A DNA stretch of 63,935 nt, counting the filler, from Salisapilia sapeloensis CBS 127946 (taxonomy: Eukaryota; Protista; Oomycota), in the NCBI GenBank assembly GCA_023334545.1. It is 11 parts of 11 records of this genome, joined end to end, with 100 filler letters (N's around TTAATTAATTAA, not from the genome) between each part and the next. Parts side by side here need not be neighbours in the genome. Positions count along the whole stretch, not along the records: positions 41,768 to 47,043 come from JAADVB010000628.1; positions 47,144 to 53,079 come from JAADVB010000580.1; positions 53,180 to 55,063 come from JAADVB010001016.1; positions 55,164 to 59,206 come from JAADVB010000693.1; 7 more parts are not named here. The stretch is one strand, 5' to 3'. Below, piece after piece: positions 43,242-55,164 of this stretch; within the stretch, counting starts at the first letter, position 1, and the number at the start of each line of letters is the position of its first letter. Made by a program: the position numbers and the translations under genes. Below the pieces are notes generated by a model that was given only the letters and a program-made list of their open reading frames with translations, was not told where the DNA came from and searched no databases.

Positions 43242-46200
43242 TCGTGGGACCGCGCGCAGCCGAACCGTATCATGTGCCACAACGGCGAAATCAACACGTT
43301 GCGTGGCAACAAGAACTGGATGCACGCGCGTGGTGGCACGCTATTTTCTTCCTACTTTGGCAACAAGACGAACGACTTGCTTCCAGTGTGTGCCGACTCC
43401 AAGTCCGACTCTGGCAACTTTGATGCGGTGCTCGAGCTGCTTACGAAAGGCAGCAGTTGCGAGAGGAGCCTTCCGGAAGCCATGATGATGATGATCCCCG
43501 AGGCGTGGCAGAACGACCCTTCCATTGCGGCGCACAAGAAAGACATGTACAAGTACCAGAGCTGTCTGATGGAACCGTGGGATGGACCAGCCATGATGGC
43601 GTTCACCGATGGCAAGTACTTTGGCGCGACCTTGGACCGCAACGGCCTGCGTCCGAGCCGATACTACGTCACAAAGGACGACCACGTTGTCTTGTCCAGT
43701 GAGATTGGCGTGCTGAATGAGCTGCAGGAGGACCAGATTGCGCTCAAGCATCGGTTGGAGCCTGGCAAGATGTTCCTCGTGGACTTCGAAAAGGGGCAGA
43801 TCGTCCCGGATGAAGAGGTCAAGAAGCAGGTCTCGTCCAGCCGTCCTTTCAAGCAGTGGGTCGAAGACGGCATGGTCTCTCTGCCAGAGCTGACGTACAA
43901 AAAGTCTACTGGTACGACCGAGGAGCTGTCTCCGTTGAAGAAGCGTCGGCAGTTGGCCGACATGAACCGCCGATTGAACATGTTTGGGTTCACGACGGAA
44001 ACGATGGATTTGCTACTGATGCCCATGGCTCTGCAGAGCAAAGAGGCGTTGGGCAGTATGGGCAACGACGCTCCTCTGGCAGTGCTGAGTGAGCAGCCAA
44101 AGCTTCCCTTCGAGTACTTTAAGCAGCTCTTTGCACAAGTAACGAACCCTCCGATCGACCCGATTCGAGAAGAGATCGTCATGAGTCTCATGTGCCCCGT
44201 TGGTCCAGAGGCAAACATCCTGGACGCGACGGATAAGCATGCCAAGAGGCTGATGTTGGAGCACCCGATCATCTCGTCGCAAGAGATGAAGAACCTCATT
44301 GCGACCGACCGAAACGAGTGGCAGCCGCGTGTCCTGGACGCTACGTTCAAGGCCGGGAGTGGCCCCAGAGGTCTAGTGGAGGCTCTGGATGAGCTGTGCG
44401 AAGAGGCGACGAGAGCCATTAGCAAGCACAAGGCCCCGATCCTGGTCTTGTCAGACAAGATTGCTGGCGTAGATAGGTATCCGATCCCTTCACTGTTGGC
44501 AGTGGGCGCTGTACACCAGCACTTGCTACGGACGCAGCAGCGGACGAGTGTGGCTCTGTTCGCTGAGGCTGGAGACGCCAAGGAGGTCCATGACATGTGC
44601 ACGCTCCTCGGCTTTGGCGCGGACGCCATCAACCCATACATGGCAGAGCTTGCGCTCCAAAAGATGAACGTGGAAGGCCTGATCTACGCTCACGGGAACG
44701 AAGAAATGTCGGACGACCAGTGCTTTGAAAGGTACAAGCAGGCACTTGGGAAAGGCATTTTCAAAGTGATGAGCAAGATGGGCGTGTCTACGCTACAAAG
44801 CTATAAGGGCGCGCAGGTGTTTGAGGCCGTTGGACTGGGCGACGACATCATCGAAAAGTGTTTTGCCGGAACCACCAGTCGTATCCAAGGGACGGACTTT
44901 GAGGCTCTGTATGCCGACATCAAGCGCTTCCATGACGCTGGCTACCCCAAGCATACGGACTTACTGCCTCTGATTCGCAACCCTGGCAACTTCCACTACC
45001 GGGACGCGAGCGAAGTGCACTACAACAGTCCGCAGAACATTGTGGACCTGCAGTTGGCAGCTCGTACGAACTCGCGCGAAAGCTACGCCAAGTACGCTAA
45101 GGAGACGCACGAGCTCTGTCGAAAGGTGAATTTGAGAGGTCTGCTCGACTTTAAGTTTGAACAAGACGAGAGTAAGCTGCCCAAGTGGGAGGACATGGAG
45201 CCTGTGAAGGAGATCGTCAAGCGCTTCAACACTGGTGCCATGAGTCTTGGGTCTATCTCCCAAGAAGCCCACGAGGCGCTTGCGACGGCTATGAATACCA
45301 TCGGCGGTCGAAGCAACACTGGTGAAGGAGGAGAAGACATTCGGCGCTTTGATTCGACGGAACGGTCTGCCATCAAGCAGGTTGCTAGCGGTCGCTTCGG
45401 AGTCACCATGAACTATCTTACGAATGCAGACCAGCTGCAGATCAAGATGGCACAGGGCGCTAAGCCAGGCGAAGGTGGAGAGCTCCCGGGGCACAAGGTG
45501 AGTGACTACATTGGCTCCATGCGCCACACGACCCCTGGCGTCGGACTCATCAGTCCTCCTCCGCACCACGACATCTACAGTATCGAGGATCTAGCTCAGC
45601 TCATTCACGACCTCAAGTTCGCCAACCCCAGCGCCGAAGTCAGCGTCAAACTTGTCTCCGAGGTCGGCGTCGGCGTCGTCGCCGCTGGTGTCTCGAAGGG
45701 CAAGGCAGATCACATCACCATCAGCGGTCATGACGGTGGCACCGGCGCGTCTTCCTGGACGGGTGTCAAGAACGGAGGTCTGCCGTGGGAGCTGGGACTG
45801 GCCGAGGCGCAGCAGACGCTCGTGCTCAACGACCTTCGTAGTCGGGTCAAGCTGCAGACGGACGGACAGTTGAAGACGGGAAGAGATGTGCTGGTGGCCG
45901 CGTTACTCGGAGCGGAGGAGTTTGGCTTCGCAACGGCACCTCTCATTGCCCTCGGCTGCATCATGATGCGCGCGTGTCAGAAGAACACTTGCCCCGTGGG
46001 TATTGCGACGCAGGACGAGGAACTGCGGAAGAAGTTCAAGGGTCAGCCGGAGCACGTGATGAACTTTATGTTCTTGTTGGCTGAGGAGGTGCAGGGACTC
46101 GTCCGCCGACTGGGGTACACGCACCTGGACGACCTGATCGGCCGAGCAGACCTCTTGCAGGTGGACGAAAGCGCTCTCCACTACAAGAGCGCCAAGTTGG

Positions 46201-47043
46201 ACCTGAGTCCGCTGCTTGTGAATGCTCAGACGCTGCACGAGTCTGCCGGGGTGAAGAAGTCCATGGAGCAGGACCACGAGGTGGAAAAGGCCATGGACAT
46301 GGACTTTATCCAGCAGGCGCAAAATGCTCTCAACAGCAAGGAGGAGGTAGTCATCCAAGCCCACATCACGAATGTCAACCGGACGCTCGGCTCTACGCTC
46401 TCGCACGAGGTCTGCAAGAGGTACGGCGAGGAAGGTCTTCCGGATGGCACCATCAAGCTCCAGCTGACGGGTCACGGCGGCCAGTCGCTCGCGTTTGGTC
46501 TGGCCAAGGGTATCCGGATGGACTTGGTCGGAGACGCGAACGACTACACGGGCAAAGGTCTGTCTGGAGGAGAGATCAGCGTCTACCCTTCTTCCGACTT
46601 TTCCGGACTCAGCCACGAGAACATCGTCGTGGGCAACGCAGTCTTGTACGGAGCGACGACGGGCAAAGCATTCTTTAGCGGCAAGGCTGGTGAGCGCTTC
46701 TGCGTACGGAACTCTGGCGTTTCCACCGTTGTCGAGGGCGTAGGCGACCACGGATGCGAGTATATGACTGGTGGCAGGGTCGTCATCCTCGGATCCACCG
46801 GACGTAACTTTGCGGCTGGAATGTCCGGCGGCATCGCTTACGTCTACGACGCAGAAGGCTCGTTCGAGTCCAATGTCAACTTTGGCATGGTCGAAGTAGG
46901 CAAGATGGTGGACGAGAGCAAGGCGGATGAAATGGAGTCTGTCAAGAGCCTCGTGTCGGAACACGTTGAGCGCACTGGCTCCGGCTTGGCCAAGGACATC
47001 CTTGAGAGCTGGGAGACGGAGAAGCACAAGTTCAAGCGCGTGA
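42411..47043 (+). CDS. GLT1: Glutamate synthase (GOGAT), GltB-like portion, 3'-partial
   Basis: DRDSCGVG (N-terminal nucleophile Cys), HSRFSTNTFPSW, HNGEINT, MEPWDGPA, FAQVTNPPIDP, IKMAQGAKPGEGG, GHDGGTGAS, CIMMRACQKNTCPVG, AGERFCVRNSG, EGVGDHGCEYMTGG. Truncated at contig end. Confidence 0.97.
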
Positions 47044-47143
47044 NNNNNNNNNNNNNNNNNNNNNNNNNNNNNNNNNNNNNNNNNNNNTTAATTAATTAAN
47101 NNNNNNNNNNNNNNNNNNNNNNNNNNNNNNNNNNNNNNNNNNN
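47044..47143. other. Artificial contig linker
   Basis: N-TTAATTAATTAA-N, 100 nt. Confidence 0.99.
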
Positions 47144-47560
47144 CCTCCAAGTCGCTCTTGACCAAGATCATGTCGGCTTCGGCCTGCGCGATCTGCGTGC
47201 CAGCTCCGACAGCCATGCCAATATCAGCTTGCGCCAGCCCTGGGGCATCATTGATTCCGTCACCGACCATGCAGACGATACGAGGTTTTCCTCGCACGCG
47301 CTTCTGAAACGCCACTTACCACCGAGCCACAGGTTACTACTAAACTCCGTCGAAGCCTGAACTGACCTCGATGGAGCTCCGGGATTAGCCTGCTAAGTAC
47401 AAAGACATTGGTTTTGACTGGATGAACAAGGACAACTGGGAACGCGCCGATGGTAGTAGCTGCTCCAGTGGCATGTCCGGTGACGATCATAGCAAACTTA
47501 CCAGCAGCAAGAGCTAGGAACCCATCCGGATGCATTAAGGATGGCATGGTGAATGTGTCA
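47144..47560 (-). pseudogene. P1B-type (Cu/heavy-metal) ATPase fragment; intact only near the contig edge, upstream eroded
   Basis: [46 protein letters not shown] at 47144-47315. Upstream there is only a weak MIVTG..T..A.TIG remnant with stops. Confidence 0.7.
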
Positions 47561-50053
47561 TGCTTATCGAATAGAAACGCTCTTTCTCGAGTGACACGAA
47601 CATCCTGATGCTCAACACCAAGCTCCAGGGGCAATGCATGGCAGTACTCGGACAAGCTCGATATTTCCGAAATGGTAACACAAGAAGCTGTCGATCGACC
47701 TGTACACAACTTTTCTGGCTTTGGCGGCTTCTCCGACGTCGGCAGTTACGACCAGCTTACCTTGGACGTGAGTCCAGCCGCCAAGAACGTTGATCCGTGT
47801 TTCTGCCCTATACGTTTCTTCAAGCGTGTCTAGTACGAGGTCATTTGATCGGTGGTCTGTGCTCACTCGACTGCGACAGTATTCGCTCGTAATATGCACG
47901 GTCAGCTCTTGCAGCTTATCAGAACCCTACTGAGACCAAGGGAGGTAAATTGAACGGTCAGGACACGTACGACGAAACTCCCTATTCTTCTTGTTTTCAC
48001 GCGCTTCAGACAGTTGTCTCTCGGGTTCTCTACAAGAAAGTCACCCGACGCTGCTCAAAACTTCTATATAGTAGCCTAGGTTTCCAGATCAGTTATCACG
48101 CTTCGCTTGGATGTATCGATCGAGTAGTTTGTAAGGCTATTGCATACACGAAGCCCACTCTTTTGATGTGCTCACACTTGCCTGGGCATTTTCGCATGGT
48201 CGCGTCAGCAGAGCTATGGACTTACAATAACCTTACCGATCTTTTAACGTGGATATCTTCAAACTAGCCACAACGTGGTACGTGTAGAAATGTCGGTGAG
48301 AGGCATCTTACCGATGGACATGTAATGATACTGCTCTTTTATATTTCTCTGCGGGTGTTAGAAGCAGAGTAGACGCACTCGCCTGCTTCTCAATATACTC
48401 GTGAGCATCCAGATTCTATCCTCTGGCCTTTCGCTTTCTATCTTGAGGTGCATTCCTACAAACTTCAAGTGGAGATACTTGAAAGTACGGATAGATCTTC
48501 CAGTGAGCTCTCATGAGCCAAGAAGTGACATGTAGAGCCTCTAAACCATCCCATTAGACACTTTGGAATGCGCTCTATCTATCCATGTCAAAATTGGAAT
48601 TTTAAAAAACTAAAGTTTTGGTGGTCGACTCGAGATTGCTACCTCGTTGTCGGCATGCTCCAGTGTTCGCTCGATCCGCGACTTTTCGAGATCATACAAT
48701 AAGATAGTGGGCCCAGAATTCGCAACACTTTCCTTACAGCCAGCGCTGTTGGTTTGAGTGACTAGCTTTTTGTATACCTCAGAGCAGCCAAGCCGCCAAC
48801 AAAACATCCTCAAGCGCAAAACCCAAGACAGCGAGCTTGAGTCGACGACCATACTCGTTTTTCAAAATTCCAATTTTAGCATATACGAATAGAGAATGCT
48901 TGAAAGTATGTAGTGGGCTGGTCTCGAGTGTCTGCATGGCATTCATTCGTTTCCAAAAGCCTCGAAGTATGTCTACGACCGTTCAAGGTGCATCGAGTAT
49001 TGGACGACTCGATTGCTATCAGATTGCCATGCGTGCGCATTCACGGTCTCGGGATCATAGATAGTCGATCGTCTATAGCTGTAGCAAGCACAGAGACACA
49101 CATTATGTAGCGACAGTTCCTACATGACTACTAAAACGCGAATACAGGTCTAAGTGATAACGCTGCATTAATCTTCGTTCTTGTGTTGCTGGACTACCTC
49201 GTCAAACTGCGCGTGAGCCTTTAGTCCTTCGACTTGGGTGCATTGGACTCTATCGATGTTGTCATACATATGGAGAAATAATTCTAAGCAACGAGAATTA
49301 AGAACTTTTTGATGCATTGCAAGCTCAATTTGTTGATCGGATTTGGTTTGAGACCTATTTAAAATGCGATTCTGAAGATCGATTTATAGATTGACTTTTC
49401 GTACCTGTTTTCTCTTAAGAGGATTGAAATTAGCTTTGAGCATCCATGACGCGCACGTTGTCTCTGTGTGCAACAAAAGACAAGCACAAGCCAGAGACTG
49501 GTTTCCCATTCTGATGCTTTCGACATCATTTTGGAAGACTAGGAGAAGGATCCGGATGCATGATTTAAGTTGGCCTACACAAACATACTAGAGAAGTGGA
49601 TGTGAGCTCTAGCGGCGAAGTTCTGTCCATTTCTTTCTTTGTGCATTTCGTTTTTTTACCAATATATCGCTTTATCTCTATCTTTTGATGCATCTCCATT
49701 TCGTATGTACGATCAAAGTAAGCAGAGCAATAAGCCAGCATGTAGCACTATTATTTAAGAGAATGGCAACTAAAATTTGTGTTATCCACGTGAAACAATC
49801 TTTCATCCTGATTCTCAGAGACGAGACTTCATTTGTATCCATCTATTTTTAACTTCAATACATCCGTCAAGTCATTTAGCAACCTTCAATCAACTCTTGA
49901 TAGAAAGGCCAGGATGGCGTTGCATGAGACTGTTACCTCGTCTCTTGATGGAAGACCAATGATGGAGATGATGGAAGTTGACCATGGTGCCATCCTGGAA
50001 GCGGAACAAGGCCTCACTCGCGAACTTGCCACCGCTCGAACAAGCGCACCGAC

Positions 50054-51475
50054 ATGTTTGCACCACGCCGCCGCACACTGACCGCTATACCAGCTACCAT
50101 GTGCCGCCCGCAAAGTCACCAACCTACCCGCTCCACCCCTCGTTTCCGCACTCCTTGTGAAGTCTTCCTTGGCTGCATTCAAGCCGTCTTCGCCACTATG
50201 ACCGATGCATCTGATAGCAACCTCGAAAATCCCATGCCCGCCCACTGCTCATCCTACATGCAGCCGAGTATGCCCTCGACTACTAGACCTGCAACGCAAT
50301 CGACACAGACCAAAGCTGGTGACGCTATGCTCGCCGCTTCACTCTTCCCATGGGGCACGAAGGATACTAGCACGTCGCTGGAACTACCGGCGAATGATAT
50401 CCGTGATGAAGCCTCCAAGTTGGGCTTTGCTGTACAGGATTTGACTGGGTCGATGACGCTCTTGGAGTTTTTTGAGGATGAATCCAGTGACGACGAAACG
50501 AATGATGCATCTACCGTGCCCAACTCGACGGCTTCTAGTGCTTCTTTAAGTGCATCTATGAGTAAAGATGATGTCCAAGGCATCGTATTCGAGCCCGTGC
50601 AAACGATCACACCCTCAGAGCTACTGGGCGCTGAGTCTATTGGCAGGTACTTCGAAACCAGTACCGTTGCATCCGACTCGGCGGACTCTATCTCTCTATC
50701 GAAGCTACCTGCAGATGTCGACGATACCGATGCCGCATCGAACGCTTCGGATTCAATGGAGCCGATTCCACTACTGGAAGATCCCAAGTTTAACTATGAT
50801 TGCCTCATCAAGAAGCTGTACGAAGATGCAGCCAACATTGCCAAGGAATTTGATGCGACAGCTGCGAGTATTTCGACCACGATGAAGAAAGCGCCGATTA
50901 CTTCTACAGCAGCGCAAGAGATGACGTCAAAGAAAGCTGAAATGCCCCAAAATACGAATACGGACTCCTCCAGTGCACGAACGACGTCACCGCGTAAGAC
51001 TTCGGCGGATGATACAGTCAAAGCTAGCATCCAGCAAACTACGCTTCCATCCATTATGTCGCATCGGGCGCAAGACGTGAAGAAGCGTTCGAGGAATGGG
51101 ATCTCCTCTCTAATCAAGTTTTTTGATCCCGATAGCGAAGGCATAAGCCCGGCCTTCAAGCTCCGGGATATCGCAAAGACTTCGCCGCGTCGCACGCAAG
51201 TCGCCAAGACAAGCCCCAAGAATGGAATCTCATCTCTGATCCAACTTTTTGGCGCCAACAATGAAGGCAAAAGCATGGCCTTCAATCTGGATAATTACCC
51301 AAAGACTTTGCTGCGTCATAAGCAAGCTGTCAAGCGGTCATCGGAAAAAGGGATCTCTTCTTTGATCAAGTTCTTCGATGCCAGTAATCAAGGAACAATC
51401 CCGACTTTTAACCGCCAGAATCGTCCAAAGGCTTTGTTGCGCACCATGAGAGGTGTGGGCAAAGCTTTTAACTAA
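50054..51475 (+). CDS. Hypothetical Ser/Thr-rich protein with three C-terminal 42-aa repeats (GISSLIxFF core)
   Basis: 473-aa ORF; repeat cores start at 51095, 51221, 51347 (126-bp period). Confidence 0.7.
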   Translation: MFAPRRRTLTAIPATMCRPQSHQPTRSTPRFRTPCEVFLGCIQAVFATMTDASDSNLENPMPAHCSSYMQPSMPSTTRPATQSTQTKAGDAMLAASLFPWGTKDTSTSLELPANDIRDEASKLGFAVQDLTGSMTLLEFFEDESSDDETNDASTVPNSTASSASLSASMSKDDVQGIVFEPVQTITPSELLGAESIGRYFETSTVASDSADSISLSKLPADVDDTDAASNASDSMEPIPLLEDPKFNYDCLIKKLYEDAANIAKEFDATAASISTTMKKAPITSTAAQEMTSKKAEMPQNTNTDSSSARTTSPRKTSADDTVKASIQQTTLPSIMSHRAQDVKKRSRNGISSLIKFFDPDSEGISPAFKLRDIAKTSPRRTQVAKTSPKNGISSLIQLFGANNEGKSMAFNLDNYPKTLLRHKQAVKRSSEKGISSLIKFFDASNQGTIPTFNRQNRPKALLRTMRGVGKAFN

Positions 51476-51644
51476 CCGCTTGATATCCGACCAAGTGAGT
51501 ATTCATCGTCTGAGGATCATCGCCACTCAGCCTCCAAGAACGCTCCCGGACCGACTTGGCACTATGGTGGCGCTATACCAAGTGTCCACTGCCTACTCGA
51601 TACCGCAGCTGCCAGGATCATCCCATTGCAAGGCCTACTGGCGC

Positions 51645-51925
51645 TTCACGGACGTTATGGTTGCACAGAGCAATCTGTCTGCCATGCCTTAAGTGGCCGT
51701 CGTTGTATGGAGCATCCAGATTGGCACCGCCGCATTGACATCGCGCCTCCTTTAACACTGTTCACGGACGTTGGGGATTCTTCCTCATGCCTTAAGTGGC
51801 CGTCGTTGTATGAACGCTGTTGAAGACTTGAGCGTCGATAGCATTGGATTGTCGTCGCCATTGATATTGTTCACGGACGTTGAGGATTATTCCTCGTGCC
51901 TTAAGTGGCCGTCGTTGTATGAACA
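51645..51925. repeat. Three imperfect tandem units of about 105 bp
   Basis: GCCTTAAGTGGCCGTCGTTGTATG at 51686, 51789, 51898; TTCACGGACGTT at 51645, 51761, 51870. Confidence 0.9.
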
Positions 51926-53079
51926 CTGCTGAAGATACGAGCGGCGGTTGCATTGCTGGGATGAAGTCCGTGGAGAAAAAGTTACTACTGCCGATAATTA
52001 CGCAAAGAGAGGAGAGCAATTGTAGCATAGAAGAAACTAGAAGAGCTCAAGTATGAAGTAAAGAAGATGAATTAAAGCATTTGGAAGGATAAGATCGGTT
52101 TTGTTCCTTTCCGTCTCCTATGTATTCTGTAATTGTACTCTGGTAGCTTCGACTTGAAGTATTATTTAGCTAAAATCTACTGCTGCCTATTCGAGTCAAT
52201 GTGCTGATCAATTGGAGGTGCAGGTAGCATGCATCAATCGAAGAACAGTAGGATATTTTGGAGTATACTGCGCATGCAAAGTCAAGTAACTTTGGTGAAA
52301 TGGTAACCACGTTCCATTCAGTTCGATTACTTCTTACGGTTAATGAAATTTGTCATGTCGAGTACTCCGCAGTGGTGTACGTCGCATCGTGAATAGCCTT
52401 GTCAGAAGCGGTGGCGTTGAAGATTAGCTCCTCATTTGAATCATTACAGTCACGGCTTCACGCGCAGCAATTTAGCATCCTCAATGGATATCTCGTATCT
52501 TCAAACAAATGCAGACCGCTGTCATTACTCTTTTTCCATTCGGCCGCTTGAGGCGGCAATGTGTGCTAGAGGCAACCTGACGTGAAAGCGTCGACCTAAA
52601 CTGGTATCATGGTAAATGAAAGGTCGATTCGAAGCATGATTAGCTCTCACCCGTTTAGCGCTCTTGGTCAAGTTCAGGAGGAAGTCCGCTTTCCCGCTTG
52701 GTACGCTTAAGAGGCTCAAGTGTCGAGCCCACAGTTTCAATAATCAGAAGCGAGGTGACCATTCCGGATGCACCGAACCTACCTCCGTCCTAAAAGCATC
52801 GACGCCAGGCAGTACGTAATGACGGTCATGCGCTGAGTCTTGCACGCAGTCACTTTCTCACATATAGGGCTAAGGATGCCGATAGAGATGTAAGCATTGT
52901 TCACGAATTAAGATACATTCAATGCTAAGATAGTGCTTTGCTACCTTCCTGGCCGCTCGATACAACGGATGTGTACGGAACAGATGCAATTGGAGATCAA
53001 CACGATTTGTATAACACGCTACAAGATACCTTCTTACTCATCTACACCATATCTTCCGCACCAGGCACTGGAGTGTACA

Positions 53080-53179
53080 NNNNNNNNNNNNNNNNNNNNN
53101 NNNNNNNNNNNNNNNNNNNNNNNTTAATTAATTAANNNNNNNNNNNNNNNNNNNNNNNNNNNNNNNNNNNNNNNNNNNN
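53080..53179. other. Artificial contig linker
   Basis: N-TTAATTAATTAA-N, 100 nt. Confidence 0.99.
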
Positions 53180-53289
53180 AGCACCTTTCCGCCCTGGCAC
53201 CCACTGGGATAGACGATCAGAGTACATTCCCCCGGAGTTGTCCAATAGGACTTATATTGCAAGAATACACTGTATTTTTGATTAGAAAA

Positions 53290-55063
53290 TAAAAGGTCTA
53301 TTGCGTTACTGCTTATTTATACCATAGTAAGTGATCCAGAATATCCGATGAGGGAGGACTTTGTTTAACAAGGATCCCCTTCAGACGGGAGAAGGCCTTT
53401 CGTGGAGTCGAGATCGGAATCCGGATTGCCGAGTGGCCCATAGCAGTACCATTGACGGATGTGCTTCGACAGCCAGCTTTGGGCATTGAACTCTGGACGG
53501 GGATCAGCTATGAAAGCTTGGGAGCTCTTCTGTGTATCCATGGCTATATTAGCCGCCAGATTTACCATTTTATTAAAAGCTCGAGGATGATGCGTCCATG
53601 ACGAGACATTGGCGCGGCAAGCAAGATCTCTACTTTTCTGATGCCAACGTTGTAGATGCTTGGCTTTCGGACTAGCTCCCCGACGTAGCTGTCGAAGGAT
53701 AATAGCACTATCGCCGACTACAGTTATCCCTACATTTGCTTCTACAGCTTTGTACAGCGGATCAAGGGCTAAGATGAAAAGGATTGGCGCTAAGGGGCAT
53801 CCTTGCCGTATCCTACTCGTTACTTCAATCTAACGTGAAGTGCTACCATTCGCCAATAAAGTAGTGGTAGTATGCTCATGCAATCGAACAATAGCCTTGC
53901 AGAATTTCGGAGGATATCCCTGCCGTTGTAACACCTTTAGCATGTAGCTACGATCTAGAGAGTCGTAGACTTTAGCAAAATCTAAGAGCATGGCGAGTGC
54001 TTCCCGCTGCATAGGGTCCACTGATGCCATGCGTGCAGCAGCATCGTAAATTTCAATAACAGTGTGAATGGACCGATCAGGCACAAATCCATGTTGGTTA
54101 GAATGAATCAACCTTGGCAATGCAGCACGAATACGCGTCGCGTAAATTTTCATGAGTATCTTGTAGTCTGAGTTTAGCAGAGAGAGTGAGCGATAATTGA
54201 GTGCTTCATCCGTAGGGCCTTTTTTGTGGATACAAAAGGTTAGCGATTCTCCAAACGAAGTAGGGAAGATTCCCGCCTCAAACCACAAGTTAAAGTATGT
54301 CACGAACAGGGTAACGATATGTGGGGAGTAGTCGCGATACCAATCATTGCCGCGGCGGTCAGGTCCTGCTGTTTTCCAGGTTTAAGCATTTGAATTGCTT
54401 TAGCTGCCTCTGTTTCCATGATAGGATTGTCCATGAAAGCTAGTTGTTCAGTCTCAGACTGGTCAGGATGCAGCATCCAGCCAAGTACATCCTCTTGCTT
54501 CTCGTCCGATGATGGCGCCTGCCGCAATATGTGATGGCAGCCATCAGCCAAGATGTCAGCTTTTTCATGCATGCCGCGTACTGGCCATCTACGTATCGAG
54601 TTAAGTCGATGAATTTTGTTGTCGCCAAATTTGGTTGAAACTCTAGCATACATTTGCTTGGTAATCTTACCCTCGTAATGTGTATGAGTTCTGAACAGAG
54701 ATCTGGATTTAAGATGAGCACGCTTTTCCTGGCAACCGGCAATTGCAGCTCGAAGTCTAGCTATTTTAAAAGTAACGACCTACTCGTGTACCGTCAAAGT
54801 AGCCATGTCATTTGTCATCGCTGCCATATTGTATTGAGGACTGCTTGGTGTGCAACCTCTCTTTGCAATTGACAGATTAATCGCCTCTGACATTGCTTTA
54901 AAGACATGCGAACGGATGATCATTGCTGTTTAATAGTTGCCAGTATCATTTTCCAATGCTTCACTTTGAATTCATCCCAGGCTTCAGCTGCTTCCAGCGC
55001 TGTCAGAGCATTTTCACTCGTTGTTGCTCGAGCTAGGTGTGCTTCAAGCTCTTGCACTGCATA
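53290..55063 (-). mobile_element. Defective L1-clade retrotransposon: RT motifs 0-4 fused in frame to the C-terminal half of RNase H
   Basis: AWDEFKVK; KAIQMLKPGK[frameshift]AGPDRRGNDWY; NYRSLSLLNSDYKI; QHGFVPDRSI; LLDFAKVYDSL; TAG at 53830; IRQGCPLAPILF; then directly VVGDSAIILRQ...WTHHPRAFNKMVNLAAN. Confidence 0.9.
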
Positions 55064-55163
55064 NNNNNNNNNNNNNNNNNNNNNNNNNNNNNNNNNNNNN
55101 NNNNNNNTTAATTAATTAANNNNNNNNNNNNNNNNNNNNNNNNNNNNNNNNNNNNNNNNNNNN
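55064..55163. other. Artificial contig linker
   Basis: N-TTAATTAATTAA-N, 100 nt. Confidence 0.99.
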
Positions 55164-55164
55164 A

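Noticed and set aside
1835-47043. Apparent nitrogen-metabolism cluster (CPS and GOGAT)
   Set aside because: The genes are on different contigs separated by linkers; co-occurrence in the window is arbitrary
47600-49900. Scattered 60-105-aa ORFs
   Set aside because: No motifs or coherent splice model; looks like decayed or non-coding DNA
51645-51925. CRISPR-like look of 24-bp repeats with ~80-bp gaps
   Set aside because: Only three copies, the spacers are homologous to each other, no cas genes, eukaryotic context
52938-53079. Coding-like fragment LPSWPLDTTDVYGTDAIGDQHDLYNTLQDTFLLIY at the contig end
   Set aside because: May be a real gene fragment but too short for me to assign a family
53830-53832. 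Programmed readthrough of the in-frame TAG in the L1 RT
   Set aside because: The same copy has a frameshift and lacks YADD; simple decay explains it
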